Part shown: positions 27,810-41,329 of the stretch, piece after piece
How positions within the stretch are numbered: position 1 is the first letter of the stretch
Layout of the letters: each line of letters starts with the position of its first letter
Source: Vermamoeba vermiformis
Lineage: Eukaryota
Assembly (NCBI GenBank): GCA_045837725.1
Contig: JBEWZL010000247.1
Location: 1 to 64,000 of the forward strand
Direction of reading: 5' to 3'
DNA length: 64,000 nt
Notes under the pieces: model-generated
Database searches by the model: none
What the model was told of the DNA's origin: nothing
What the model saw: only the letters and a program-made list of their open reading frames with translations
Position numbers and translations under genes: made by a program

Positions 27810-29753
27810 TCACTCGATGAGGACTGAAAAATATTGTTGCTGCCATTTCAACGATTCTTCTTCGTTTTCAGTGAATATAACACTATCAATTAATCTTTTT
27901 GCTCCAACTTTCGTTTCTTTCAACAATTTTGTTAATTGTGGCGTTACAGCCGATCGCGTGATAAGTATGTAAAGCACATCCGTTAATGGAACCGATGGAG
28001 GCAAAAGTGCTTCGAGTCTGCCATGCGGGTCAACGTTCATATACCAATCTATTATATCTTGCGTAGTAACATCTTCTGGTCGATCTTTTTTTCGCTCATC
28101 TGGCGGAAAACTTCCCGCGATCAGATCCATCTTTGGAACCCATGAAAAATGTTCGTCTTTTGCAAAATTTTTGAAAGCATTTTGAACAGTTGTTGATATA
28201 TAATCATCTCTATTAACAACTGCGTCGTATTGAGATCGGTCTTTCAAAAACGCTAAGATCGCTTGGGATGTGATTTCTTGTTGGGCTTGTAAAAACCAAT
28301 ATCCGCTTTTGTAATCGTAAATTTCTTTTCTTTGCAGTTGTTTTAATAATTCCAATTCTCCGCGAGTTGCTGTTGCTCCATAATGTGAACTTCTATTCAA
28401 AAAATATGCAAGATCTGCTCCAATACTTTCACTAAAGGTGCTATTAGTCCATACATTGCCTCCATATTGTGTCGCTTTGAATTCTTTTGATGCTAATTTT
28501 AGCCACGGGCGTAACGGTAACGCATGGCCTGATATTAATGTCGTGCTGCTGTTCATCGTTATTTTGGATTCGTTAAAAGCAGTGCGTTTGAATATAATAG
28601 AAACAGGTCCATAATGCACATTCGGTCCCATCACCGCAAATACGTGCTCGTGAGTTCCAAGAAATTCATCGACCCAATAACCGATCCCTGTTTGCGACGA
28701 TGTTTTCGGATCTGATACGAGACTCAGCGCGACTTTTTCGATCTTATCAAAGTCTTTTTTTGTAAAGGCCGGGAAGTAGAATTCAAATCGAGCTCTGCGT
28801 AGTTGAATAACGCGTGTGTTGCCTAAACGATTGGCTGCAATCATGACCTGAAAACAATTGTAAAAAATTGCAATAAACGGTTTCATATTAAATTATTACG
28901 AATTTTACAAGAAAATTATAATTAAATTAAATTGCGCTTACTTCAGCCAAATTGATGATTTTTTCGATGCAATGATAGCACCGCGAAACGGGTACTGATT
29001 TATCCCACGGGCACAGTTTGTCGGTCATAATTTGAGTAAAATGCGTTTGAAAATTCTGCATTAATATAGTATATACTGAAGGTATATTATCTGAGAAGCG
29101 TGGTGGCATTAATCGGGATCTGGCCTTGACGCTTCCAGATTGAATTATCTTGATGAGCGTATCAACGGAGCAACTATGAACTGGCAGTAGCTTCGGAATA
29201 AGGTCTGTTACAGCTGCAGGCGGAGTTCTGAATATTGCTGAAGGGATCTTGTCGTCTTCAAATTGCGCCCGCCAAATGTTTCGGCTCCACTTGCAAAAAG
29301 AGTGGCTTGATTGCGATGGTAATGCAGATGCTATTAATAAACATTAGGTCACTTGATTATAATCAAAAATATTGTGTACGAGTTGAAAATAAATTAAATT
29401 GCCCCATTTCCAGATCCCCCAAAGATTTTTTTTCGCAGTATTATTTAAATTTTTATATTACAATCATTACCTTGAAATAAATAAACGCCAATAACTGCAT
29501 TATCACCAATTTTGTTGGTCGCCAAGGGCGAATCTGGGGAAAACGACACCTTCGTCTGCTTTCCTTCGCCTTCTTTATAATACCACGAATAAATGCAATG
29601 AATATTCGGTGGATTTATATTCGTTTTTTCTTGGATCAATTCTACCAAAGTTTGAGCGCTGCTACACACGGCGATCTTGTAACCATTCACCAATGTCGTG
29701 CCTGCTGGCGTATCATAGTGATTGATAGTCAACGAATAAATAGCTGTGTTCAT
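27810..29753 (-). CDS. Ubiquitin-like N-domain plus putative ADP-ribosyltransferase-fold (DarT/DUF3626-like) domain, 3 exons
   Basis: Exon 1 is beta-grasp-like (LVELIQEKTNINPPNIH..SPLATNKIGDNAVIGVY). Exons splice in frame to PVHSCSVDTLIKIIQSGSVKARSRL..THEHVFAVMG..HYGPVSIIFK..GRLEALLPPSVPLTDVLYILI. The gene is well supported; the domain call is tentative. Confidence 0.5.
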
Positions 29754-29892
29754 CTTTACTGACGTGGAAACAAAATAACGCCAGTTTCCCCGTTTTTTCC
29801 GGATCTAGCCTCGAACCACGTGGTTATCCTATCCAACCCAGATCAGCTAAAAATACACCACAAACAATAATTAAGTTAAAAATTAACCGTCT

Positions 29893-30845
29893 TTATGCCA
29901 TTAACAGAAACGCTGCTACGATTAAGAGCACAAGAGGATCCAGTAAACGTCGAGCTACAGATGAAGCCTTAGGAACGCTCGGCGCAGCTTTAGGAGTCGT
30001 TTCAGTAATAGGTGTAGCTTCAGGAGTAGTATTGTCAATTGGTACGTCGCTAGGGGTACTATTATCGACAGGAGCTGCGCTAGGCGGATTCAGAGGTACA
30101 TCCGCTGTCGGAACTGGAGGAGGGCACTGCAATGCTTGACCATAGCCTCCTGAATAAGACGAGCAATTGTAAGGAATATTGACGACTGAAGGTGATCCCG
30201 AGCAGTTGAGGCTCGGGTAGATCTCGATAGGAATTCCAGTGTCGGGGCCGCAAGCAGTCATCTTCGCCGTGTAGGACATGCCAGTATAATAGCACGTATT
30301 AAGTAAAGCTGTAATATGGTATAATTGAATTAATTGATTACTGATCGGTTGACGCGTTGCAAATCTTGATCTGTTCCGGATCATCGATTGCTTACCTGCT
30401 CCATATGAAGTTCCTACTCCCGTGCAAGCTGCTTGGCCAGACGAACTGTATGCTGCGAAAGTTGATGGTAAAGATGCAACATCCAACGTGCTGCACACAT
30501 ACGTGGTCCATAAACCTTCGCTTAATAGCGTGCAATCTTGTGGTATGCAATTTCCAACCTAATACAATATTATATAAACAAACAGAATCAAAACTAATGC
30601 ACTAAATTTTAAATATACTTCTAAAAATTAATTAATTTTGATTCATTATCGCTTTTGAAATACGAAGCTATAATATTTAAATATGCCTATTTAATAATAA
30701 GTTGCAAATTACTTACATTGCCCAATTTATACGCTCCGATCAGATCAGTGCAATTATCATTTGAATAGCTGAAGTAGACTTGAGCTCTTGAACTAGCGAT
30801 AAAACAAACGCTAAGCGTAAATAATATGTATAACGCGCCCTTCAT
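29893..30845 (-). CDS. Small Cys-rich secreted surface protein with Pro/Thr stalk and GPI-like C-terminus
   Basis: Signal MKGALYILFTLSVCFIASSRAQ, introns, Cys-rich domain, TPEATPITETTP stalk, terminal hydrophobic LVLLIVAAFLLMA. Confidence 0.75.
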
Positions 30846-31004
30846 GGTTGTTTTCTGCGAGCGAAAGTTAACTGTGATTTTGACACGGGTGTCAACAACA
30901 AATTTCGTCGGTTAAACAAAACGTTAATTATCAACGCAGTAGATTAATCTAAATAACTTTACATATTATTATTAATTTATACAATAATTTAATCGCCATA
31001 TTTT

Positions 31005-34000
31005 TTAAGAGCTTGACAAGCTCGAGCTGCTGCTACTGCTTTCGGATGCCGAAACACTTTCTTGGTCCTTAGATCCAGACACATCGTCTGTTCGCTTTGA
31101 CTCATTATTCGAAGCGGAGATATTCATATTTCCGCTGGCACTGCTACTAAATGTTCCGCTCAAGGTGCTGTTTCTGGTTGTTTCAAGTCTGCTCGTATTA
31201 ATCGGTGTTATAAACGACCTTGCGCTCAATAAATTCGATGAGCTCATATTCAATAGTCCTCCTTGACTGCCAGGCAACGACGGCACCATTTCGCTGCTAC
31301 TACTGCTGCTTTCTTCGCTCGGAAGTTCCACATCCGGATACACTTCGACGTATCTGCTCGTTGTCGGAGTTTTAGGCGTCTTCGGAGTTTTAGGTGTGAG
31401 CGGGTGTGGCGTTTGCATAGTTTTATCCGCAGTCGTTGAAGTGGTTACTGTCGAAGTACCTGTCACTTCCATTTCATTCACTTCGTCAGACTTATGGCTC
31501 ATCGCTTCAGCAGAGTTAGTGACCTCTTTAGACGCACTGGTGCCAAAGTTAAGTGACCGTCTTGTGGCTGACACTGTTGATCTCGACAACTTCTGCTTAG
31601 CATCAACAGTTCGAAGAATAGATACGACAGTAACAATAGGAATCACTTCGACTGCAATCAAAATCGCCATTGCTAGGACGTTGTTGCGGTAGCCAGTGAA
31701 TAGCAGCGCCAATAAGAACGCACATTGTAATAACAAGCCAATGGAACAAATTGTCGCGGTCCAAAAAATCTGCAAAAACTAAAATTAATAAATTATTTTT
31801 TTTTAACTGAATTTTCTTTACGTACTCTTCGTTTGGTGCCTTGCTTGTCAGTTACTTTGCCCGATCGTTTATCAGATTGGACCATATTGCTGTACACTCT
31901 GAAACCGTTGATCAAATACCCAGCACCAAGTGCGAGCGACAAAATCGATACAATAAGACGATAAACCATTGCAATCTTTTGTCTAAACATAACTCAGTTA
32001 GAAAATATTTCCAAATTAGGAAATACCTACCTTGTGTTAAAGTCCCGCGAAATAAATCTTCCGCCGCAGATTGCAACGTCCTCTGACGACAAAGTCTCGT
32101 ACAAAATGATCAGCACGATGAAAATCGCGTAGAGTGCGCCGTTGATAATACCGACGACAGTTATAATTCTCTTGTTCATAACTCGGCGGGAAATACTTGG
32201 CTGACGAATCAATCTCATCGTGAAAATCCTTTCATGAAAAAAGTAATTAGTACTATTATTACTAATAAATATACAGATATTTATCGATATCAAATTCAAA
32301 AACAAGGTTGATATAAAAATGGTATTGATGAATGTTCCTCTAATAATATCTGAGACGTACCATAAGACCACAAAGAAACTTAATGCAGAGAAGTAAAGGA
32401 ACGACGGCAGCTCGACGACAACGTACACACCTCGTGCATTGGCCGTCGAAAAAACACCGCCGGCAGAGAGCAAGTAGAACAATAATCTCACTAAAAAAAC
32501 AAATAAACAGACGTATTGATTGAAGACGGGACTTACCCAAGCATAAAGCAGCCAACAACAAGATGACAACAAAGTTCAATTGCTTGTACAATCTGTAGTG
32601 CAAGATGATCGCTGCTTTGACAACTGCAAAAACCAAGCAGAACGCGTAACACACGATAGAAATGACCAGTAAGGCAATCTCACCGTCAGTAAAAGACTTA
32701 AGTCCAAAGAATTAGTGCAATGACTTGACGTGAGCACGTGATTTTTAACCTTACCACTGAGGGTCTAACTGTGCTCCAATTATCAACGCGAATGATTGGT
32801 AAGTACACTACTTTTTCTCCCGCAACAATTGACGGAACAACTCCGCAATAATTGTTGCCGGAAACACGCACTGAAATGCCCATGGGTGTAACTTTGTTTG
32901 TTTTTACGTCACTGGATCAATCAACATTAGAACTGTTCAAATTGTACTGCAATACTAAGACGTACACTTTGCCAATGTCCAAAATAGGAAATCTGTTCAT
33001 GATCGCGGTGCTGGGCTCAGATTCAATCTTCGTACAAATTTCGATGGAATTCAACGACGCATCAGTGAACTGGTATCAAAGATATTAATAAAGTTCAAAT
33101 TAAGTATTAACGTCACTTACCCCAAAGCTCACTCCATCTCCAATCAAACGGCCAACAATCGCGTCCAAAGTGTTTGTGAAACTGTATTGATTGTCCTCGC
33201 TGAAGTCGATCAAGAAACTAGACAACGGGTCCTATTCAAAAGTTAGTATTGTACAGTAATAGTGGTACCGTTAATTAGACCCTGTGTTTTAGCGTACCTT
33301 AGTATTGAAGCGGAACTCGCCAATGCTGACAGCACCGAGTCCAACATTGATGCACGTGCTCGTGGCCTCAAGCGAATCAGCCGTGCAGTATGCCACAACA
33401 TTGTTAGCCTCAAGAGTACCATTGACTCCTTGACAAATGACATTGACAGCGTCACTTGTAGTCGGGTCGTATGCATCGAAACATTCTTCGGAGGCATAAC
33501 CCGAAGGATTACAGCTGCACGTGACGATGTTCAAGAGGTCAAACTGTTGTCCGTAGAAGCACTTCGATTGAGTCTTCAACTCGAACGCGTACTTGGTGTC
33601 AATGGCAAGACTGATTTCATCGTACAGGCTGATGAAGTCAACGGTGGGCTGGATGCTGTAAGGCTTGTAAACTGCTCGTGCTTGCCAAGTCAAGTCACGA
33701 ACGAGACCTCCTTCCCAAGTGCCCTGATTTCGAGGCTGTAAGTACTTTTGTATGGGGCACGGCAATCAACTTACAGGCTGCCAAGTCATGATTGAAATGT
33801 ACTCTCCATTAGCCTCCAAGCAGTTGGCCTGATCTTTGAATGACACGATGTACCCGTTGTTAAAAGAGAACGAGATGAACGGCTCCTTGCAACCAAATCC
33901 AAATGCCTCGCACTCTGCCTTAGTCTTGGCCGCTGTAAAATATTATTAGATAAGACATTATTGTCAAGAAGCAATTGCTGCTTACGATTCATCCAAGCGC

Positions 34001-37000
34001 CGTTGTAAGTAGTACATTGTACAGCCGAAGAAATCGAATGATCGACACATCCGTACTAAAATTAATGCGTAAATAAGGAAAACGAAGTACTACTGGACGT
34101 GTACTTACATATGTGGTGACCATAGGATTTGGATTCAAATTGTTCAGAGGGCAAGGAGGGTTTTGATAAGGTGCAGTTGGGAACACACAAGCGCCATTAC
34201 TAAGAGTAATTAGCACGACATCTGAGATCAGGGTAGACTTACGGCTCCAAGTACTCATCACCAATGCATTCGCCAGAGTTCGTGCATTCGTTTGCATCTA
34301 CGCAGGCTCGCGGTGTGTTGCCAGTCCAACACGTGGCATTGCAACGTTGCTTTGCAGTGCAAGCACCTGCATTGACTTCACCCGTAACAGTCTTGTCGTG
34401 CAAGATACAGCCAGTAGCAGCAGTGCACGAATTTGAGTTCGTGAGCGAGGCTACCTCCACGAAGTTTTGGCCGTCTTCAGTTATTCCGCAGAACGATGTC
34501 GAGAGCACAGGATTCAAGCACTCAGCGGAGCAGTTGGTTGGATTGGCTAAAGTCGAGCAATCGAACCAGTTGCACTTTTCAACGCCAGTGCACTCTTGAG
34601 AGGTTGGAACGATCTCGGTCTAACATAGCGTTAGAAAATAATACGGGAGATGATAACGACTTACCCAAACTTTGAAGCATTGGCCTTGGATGTAGTTGTC
34701 GCACTCATAAGGAATGTCACAACGCTTGTCGAGACATTGGAAGGACTCACATTGAGGGCAAAGTGTTGACTCAAAACCCGGATCCAACGACCAGTGCGTA
34801 CGATAATTCAAGGCAAGATCGTACTCACCAGTGCAGTCGTCCTTCGTAAATGCGTTTTTCCATTGTTGCAAGTTCGTCGATGCACCGACTGCAGAAACAG
34901 GTTGGATAGACTTCGCGTTTTCAATTGTTGAACGAACGAACGGATCCGCTGCGAGCAAGAAACAGTTCCAAAAAGTGTCGTATTGAGCAGTCACGTCGAT
35001 CGAACACGTCTTCGTGAGCATGTTGCACTTGTATCCGCTGCAATCATCATCATTGTAGCATGTGATACCCTTCTTGGGATACTCGCCAAAGGCCAAATCT
35101 TTGCACTGTCCGTACATCATGAACAATTCAGTTCGATACGGCAGCTCTCTCGGTGTGTTAGAACTGCAGCCGATAACTATATCTGCTGCCACGGAGCTCT
35201 TAGAGAAATAATCTTCGATGAAGCTTTCGAGGCATTTTGGTGCGTAGCATTGATTTGCAGTCGATGTTGTTGAAATAAACGCCGAAATTTCGTACGGTTG
35301 CTCACGAACAGAGCAAGCAGGACCTGTCCACGATAAAGAGCTGTTGCAACAAGGGTCCGTGGCAAACTCAATAGTGTCTGCCGCAGCCAAGCAGTTCGGA
35401 GTTTCAATCTGGACTTGTTCAGTGGAAGATTCGTATAACTCCGAAACGAATTCTCGACATCCGACAGTATTGTCGAACATTGAATCAACGTCCAACTAAA
35501 CAAAAGTTAGCAACGATATCGACTGCCAACCTTCTCGTACCTGGTATCTAATGTCTGAAAGTCTTTGACCTTGCTTGATGTCTTGTTGTTCGGCAAGCAA
35601 CTCTTTCATTCTACTCGTCGTGCTTTGCAATAGCTTTGCATCACAACCCAAGTTCTTGTCTTCAAAATTTACTGTCATTTGCAAGGGCTACAAAAGTAGA
35701 GTCAGTGCTGTTTCTGATGAGTTTACGAAGAATGACCTTACCAATCTATTTCCATCCACAAGTCGGCCAAGGAACTTCATCGAACAGTCCCCAATATTAT
35801 CTTCAGTTAAGAAAACTTTAGTTTGCAAGTCGAGCGTGTAGTTCAGTAACATCACTCCGACAAACTTTGTTGAACGTGGATTGGACGGAACATCCAGCAA
35901 CCTAGTTGAATTAAAGTAGGTCCTTTTGGTAATGATAATATCAGATGCTACGTACATTATTTGATTGAAGTCAGCTTGGCCCGTAGTAAAAGTAGGACGA
36001 GGGAACAATGGCACCGCGTCATCAGTCGGCGAAACAGTCCAATAGAGCTCACAATCATGGTCATCGTAAATTCTGTAAAAGCACACGAACACTGTATCTC
36101 GTGAGGGGCACGATATCATTGACGTTCCATACGTTTCAAACACGTATTGGAATGGATTGTAGCGCGTTAATGGCTCGTAGAAAACCCAACCAGGGTTCGT
36201 TGATAAGCCTATATATGACGTGTTCCTCGTGCTAGTCACGGCCAAATAGAGCTTATTTACACCAAGGTCCTATTACGGCGTGATAAGTATATGAGAGGAG
36301 GCTAATTAAGGCGTGAAAAAGTACCTGTGGACAAAGCATAAATGCGTCGCGTTGAAGGCCACCGCTATCATCGACTGCACGATAGAACACCGACGCCTGA
36401 TCTTCTAGCTTCTTGGGCTTAGGATCGGTGTACGAAAAATATCTGAATCAAACGAAGATTAAATTTTTTTGCGTCCAAAAATAAATAAGATTTGTCTCCT
36501 ACACTTTGGTGCCTCTGCTAGAAAAGAAGCTAATAGGCGTGCACGTCTGCGGCAACGACATTTCAAAATAACGAATGCCTCCCTCCTCATTAGACGGTGT
36601 AAAGTGCAAAATTTCATCGTCTTTCAAGCACGTGTGTTCTGCGCTCGTTGGAGTACACGATAACGGCGCTGAAACTGGCTGAGGAATATCTAAAATAATA
36701 AAATAAGATAAGTGAATAATTTAAGATGATTTAAATTTATTTGCTGTCATTAATCAAGAACAGTAAATTAAACTTACCATGTAAGGAAACGGTTAAAGTG
36801 ATGTTGGCACCAATGCCCAAAGCGAAAAATTCGCTCGGGAACGAATAGACCTCGATAGCTAATGTGCCCAATTCATAATCTAAATCGGCCGGGCATATAA
36901 TCGCTGTCTCGGGACCGTAACGATCCGAAATGGCAGAAGTGAATCCTGCAGATTGATTTGACGTGAGTTTAAATTTGCAAAAATATCGTTTTGATTACCT

Positions 37001-37884
37001 TCTGAATTATACTGCGAAGCTGAAGCCACATAAAGATCCGGATCGCCGTACTGCGTTTCCAGGCGAATATAAATGAATTTACATGTTGCAGCGCCTTACA
37101 AAGGAATCGGTTAATTTATTGCAACTAAACCAATGATGTTGTTGCTTACCAGTATAAACTTTAAAATCAGTGACTTCGTCAGGGCCAATGTAGATCGTAA
37201 ACGGTTGATCTAACTGCAATGTCTACAAATACGATTTCACATTTAGACTCAGTTAACTTTTATAAATTACTATGGCTTGAACTTACATTTGTTATATTGC
37301 AAATAGGACCAACGGGGCAAGCACACGGACCAGTTGATCGAGATCCCGCGCAAACATCCGGATTTGTGTAATCGCAAGGCTCGCAGGCAGGAGTTGGTGC
37401 ACACGTCCGATTAACACATTGTCCTTGAGGTATTAATATGAGCGAGTTGTTAAGTCATAAATTAATTATTTATTGGTTTAACGGATTACGTACCGTAAGT
37501 TTTAGTGACGGCGATATCTTGATCAAATTCAACTTCAAATACACCCTATATACCACATGTTAGTAATGCACTGATAGAATCGTAATTTGTGGGTTTTCAT
37601 AATCTCCACGGCAGCACAAAAACTATTGCAATTATTCATTTGTTTGATTAATATTTAATTAAGCTTCATAAATAAAGCACTTTAAGAGTATTACGTACCA
37701 CTGATACAGGGGCGCCTAACAAATTGCCTGATTTCACCTACATTAATTGTCAGTTACGACGGCAGAAAATCTTCTGTAGATTCAACGGTCTTACTTGTCT
37801 TGTTGAGCTCGTTACTGATATGCTATATACCCTCGACAATGCGAGGACCGAAATTAACAAAAATATGACAAAATTGTTTCGCAT
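31005..37884 (-). CDS. Very large Cys-rich ectodomain protein with C-terminal THH1/TOM1 (GPR137-like) multi-pass domain and Ser/Thr-rich tail, many exons
   Basis: Signal MRNNFVIFLLISVLAL; Cys-rich exons (TDPCCN, CYNDDDC..CNMLTKTC); TM helices with VELPSFLYFSALSFFVVLW and LIAVEVIPI; poly-Ser tail. Confidence 0.75.
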
Positions 37885-38364
37885 TTTCAGTTCAGATCTT
37901 CGTCTGATTGCTTTTCAATGATATGGCTCGCATGCACGAGCTAGCTCTCTCGTCTAAATTGCTAGAGAACTGACGTAATCTCCTAAAGCTTGATTCAAAA
38001 ATGATTTTTTGCCCGAAGCAACCTTTTTAAGGCAATTCAGAATAGTCCTGGAAAATATACGTACCAGCTCTGAAATTTAACCTTTAAGATAGCAGTGGTT
38101 AGTGCGATGAATACGGAAGAAGCTAATGCTCATTGCTTACCGAAGTTTAATCGTTGCACAAGTGCTCGTTTCCCGCATCTAAATAAATTAGTTTTACCTA
38201 ATACGGCAAGTCCTGACTAAAGTAGCCGAATTCAATTTTTGTTCGTGTGAAGGCATATCGCCTCTGTTTAGATGATATTGGTTGCCCGCCTTCAGCGGAC
38301 CCTGTCTTTATTACATATTTACACCAAATCTGATTTCTGATCAGAATATTCAAAATAATAATTA

Positions 38365-38595
38365 TTATTTGACTTTGAGAACGAACCATGACGGATAATC
38401 TACCACAATTTTATAGCTAGATAGTAAACGAGAATCATCATCTAATTTTTCACTTCCAAGTCTCAAGTCTTGAGCCTCGATCGGAACTTGCTCTTTATCA
38501 GCAATAAGCTTCTTGAACTCACCAATGGTAATGTCAATATCGTCTACTTCGATAGTGATCGTCTTTCCCGTGAGGGTTTTCACAAAAAGGTTCAT
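38365..38595 (-). CDS. Divergent ubiquitin-like protein without C-terminal GG
   Basis: MNLFVKTLTGKTITIEV..TIGEFKKLIADKEQVPIEAQDL..KLDDDSRLLSSYKI; ends FVLKVK*. Confidence 0.75.
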   Translation of the reverse strand: MNLFVKTLTGKTITIEVDDIDITIGEFKKLIADKEQVPIEAQDLRLGSEKLDDDSRLLSSYKIVVDYPSWFVLKVK

Positions 38596-38699
38596 CGTGG
38601 TCTTGATCAAGCTCGCAATAAAAATATTACCGTTGGCATCGAATGGCCAAAAACTTCACTCGATACACTTGTAGAACACAATTTGCCTTCGTTTTAATT

Positions 38700-41213
38700 A
38701 TGGAGGCAAACATATTGTCAAACAGACCAGTAGTTTTGATTACTGTGACCTCGTGTAAGCAGATATGACACGATCAAGAAGATCTGGCTTACTCCTCGTG
38801 CAAATTTGTACTAAGTCATTGAATTAAATATAGCGAGCTCACTAGCAAACCTGGGTCCGATATTATCCGATGTAGCTGCTAACGGAGGATCAGTGGCCAA
38901 CATCTCGGTCAAAGATAACAACATCAATCTATTTTTATATAAGCAGCAAGGTACGCTTTTATTTACATACCGTATTATGGAGAAAATATCTGGTTAATTA
39001 TTTAAAAATACTGAAGTTCGATATACAATTTATTGAATGGGTGCGCAGTAGATTGGCCCAAGTTCTACATCATTTTAGCACAACGTATTGACATTTATTG
39101 TATAAGATGACGAAACAAAGAAGATTTCAGAAATTATGCAAAGATACGGCTCAGTATTCGTAGCTGAGAGCTACCTCGAGCTCATCTTATCAGTGCACGT
39201 GACTGAAACTGCAGAAATCTATTCAATCGTTAGCAACTCGCAAAATCATCACATTCAAAAGCATAATGGAGTCAATACCCAAGTAATTGCAGGTAAGAAC
39301 GCATCCGGGTCCGAGACCGATCCAACAACAGGCTACGACAACTCCTTGAGCAATTCATCTTTCTAACTTTTGTACATAAGACAGCACTACTATACACGAG
39401 GTACTAGAATTACTGAAAAAGCAGCACAAAGAAGAGAACAAGACGGAAGACAAACAAATTAAACGTACGTTAGACTGCTACTTTGCGTTACAATGTGACC
39501 GTTATAATTAATTCTATCATAATAGATTCAGCGTGGTGGGCACAAAGGCGGGGAGCTTTATTGAGTTTAGTTGCTTCTGGAGCTCACAAGACCCCTCTGT
39601 ACGTGTATAACAAGTCGCTTGTGGAGGATCGGATCCGCGCCTTGAAGGAACTGAGAGCCGTCAACAAAATATTTTATGCAATCAAGGCTAACAACAACAA
39701 AGAAATATTAGAGGTGCTTAATAAGCACGGAGTTGGTTTTGAGGTACGTTGTTTCGGATGCTGAGCAACTCGTGATCCGTTCTTTCGTGTAGTGCGTGAG
39801 CCCTGGAGAGTTAGATCATATTCGAAGCTTGTTTCCTGATATAGACTCATCTCAAAGACTGTTATTCACTCCTAACTTTGCTCCTATTGACGAGTACAAG
39901 TACGCGTTCAACATGCGCGCTATTGTGACCGTGGATAATATCTATCTCTTGGAGCATCATCCTGAGGTATTCAGGTATGTATACATACGTATTGTATACA
40001 ATGAAACGGTATGCTAATGGTTGATTTTAGGGACCAATCAATTTTTGTTCGCATTGATCCAGAGATCGGTCGAGGACATCACAAGCACGTTAAGACAGCT
40101 GGCACTAAGGTAATGTAGAACAAAAATCGACACTATTCATTGTATTAACGCACAATTTAGTCAAAATTCGGTGTTCCTGTCTCTTCTGCAGATCGCTTGG
40201 AAGAGCTGGTTAATCGTTACAACATCAAGGTTGTCGGTCTCCATGCTCACTCTGGAAGCGGTATTTTGCAAGAGCCCGAGAACTGGTCTGAAGTAGCTAA
40301 ATTGCTTTACTCACTGGCACCAAGGGTACGTTAGTATCATGGTGCTATTAATGGTGTAATGACACGCGATCCAGTTCCCTCACTTGCACACGCTGAACTT
40401 GGGCGGTGGTCTAGGCATTCCTTATCGACCTGAACAAGTACCACTCGACTTGAAGGCTGTCGGAAAACTATTAGACGAGTTCAAATTGCACACTAAAGAG
40501 AAGCACCCGCATCTGCAGTTCATGATCGAGCCCGGTAAGCGAAGTTTTGTTCTTACTATCATGCAATATTAATGAATTTAGGTCGCTTCCTTGTCGCTGA
40601 GGCTGGTGTTATTCTCTGTAAGATGACGCAGTTGAAACAGAAGGGCACGATGTGGTACCTTGGTGTTGACTCCGGTTTCCACTCCTTGATCCGACCTGTA
40701 CTTTACGATGCGTACCATGAAATCGTCAATCTGACTCGATTGGATGAGCCACTAAAGTGGAAGGTGGACGTAGTTGGTGTCATTTGCGAGGTAAGCAGAG
40801 TTCCCTCTTTCCTTTTTGACCGGTCTTGGTTGGCGTCGTTTTTCGACTCCAACAAGCTTCCATAGCTCAGTCGGCAGAGCGTTCGGCTGTTAACCGAAAG
40901 GTCCCTGGTTCGAACCCAGGTGGGAGCGAATATTTTTTGCTCTTTTTCTATTTGCTTTAACCTTCGCTTTGTTATTGTTTGTTATTATTCAATTAACTTT
41001 TTAGCTGCGAAGTTTTCTTACGACCAAAAATTTTCCTTGATCCACATGGATCTGACTTTTGATCAGTCAGGAGACGTGCTTGGTCACGAGCGAGACTTCC
41101 CAGAGAGCCAAGAAGGGGACGTAGTACTAATTGCAAATACTGGCGCGTATGGAAAAGTAATGAGCAGTAATTACAATATTCGCGATCCTGGTCAAGAAGT
41201 ATGTCTGGCGTAA
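38700..41213 (+). CDS. lysA: Diaminopimelate decarboxylase with N-terminal extension, multi-exon
   Basis: TPLYVY, FYAIKAN (PLP Lys), GFECVSPGE, LFTPNFAP, GHHKHVKTAG..SKFG, GLHAHSGSG, LNLGGGLG, EPGRFLVAEAG, LIRPVLYDAYH, VVGVICE|SGD, GAYG..MSSNYN. Confidence 0.92.
40856..40928 (+). tRNA. tRNA-Asn(GTT), inside the last intron of lysA
   Basis: GCTTCCA..TGGGAGC acceptor stem, D-arm AGCTCAGTCGGCAGAGC, anticodon arm TTCGG-CTGTTAA-CCGAA, T-loop GGTTCGAACC, downstream T-run. Confidence 0.97.
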
Positions 41214-41329
41214 TAACACGAGTAAATACCGTTGAGCACCTTCGGTTATCATCAACACGTTGATTGCTAGTTTTAGCGCATTTATGATATTATGAGCTGT
41301 AATTAAGAGCCCTAACTGCAGAAGAGTCT

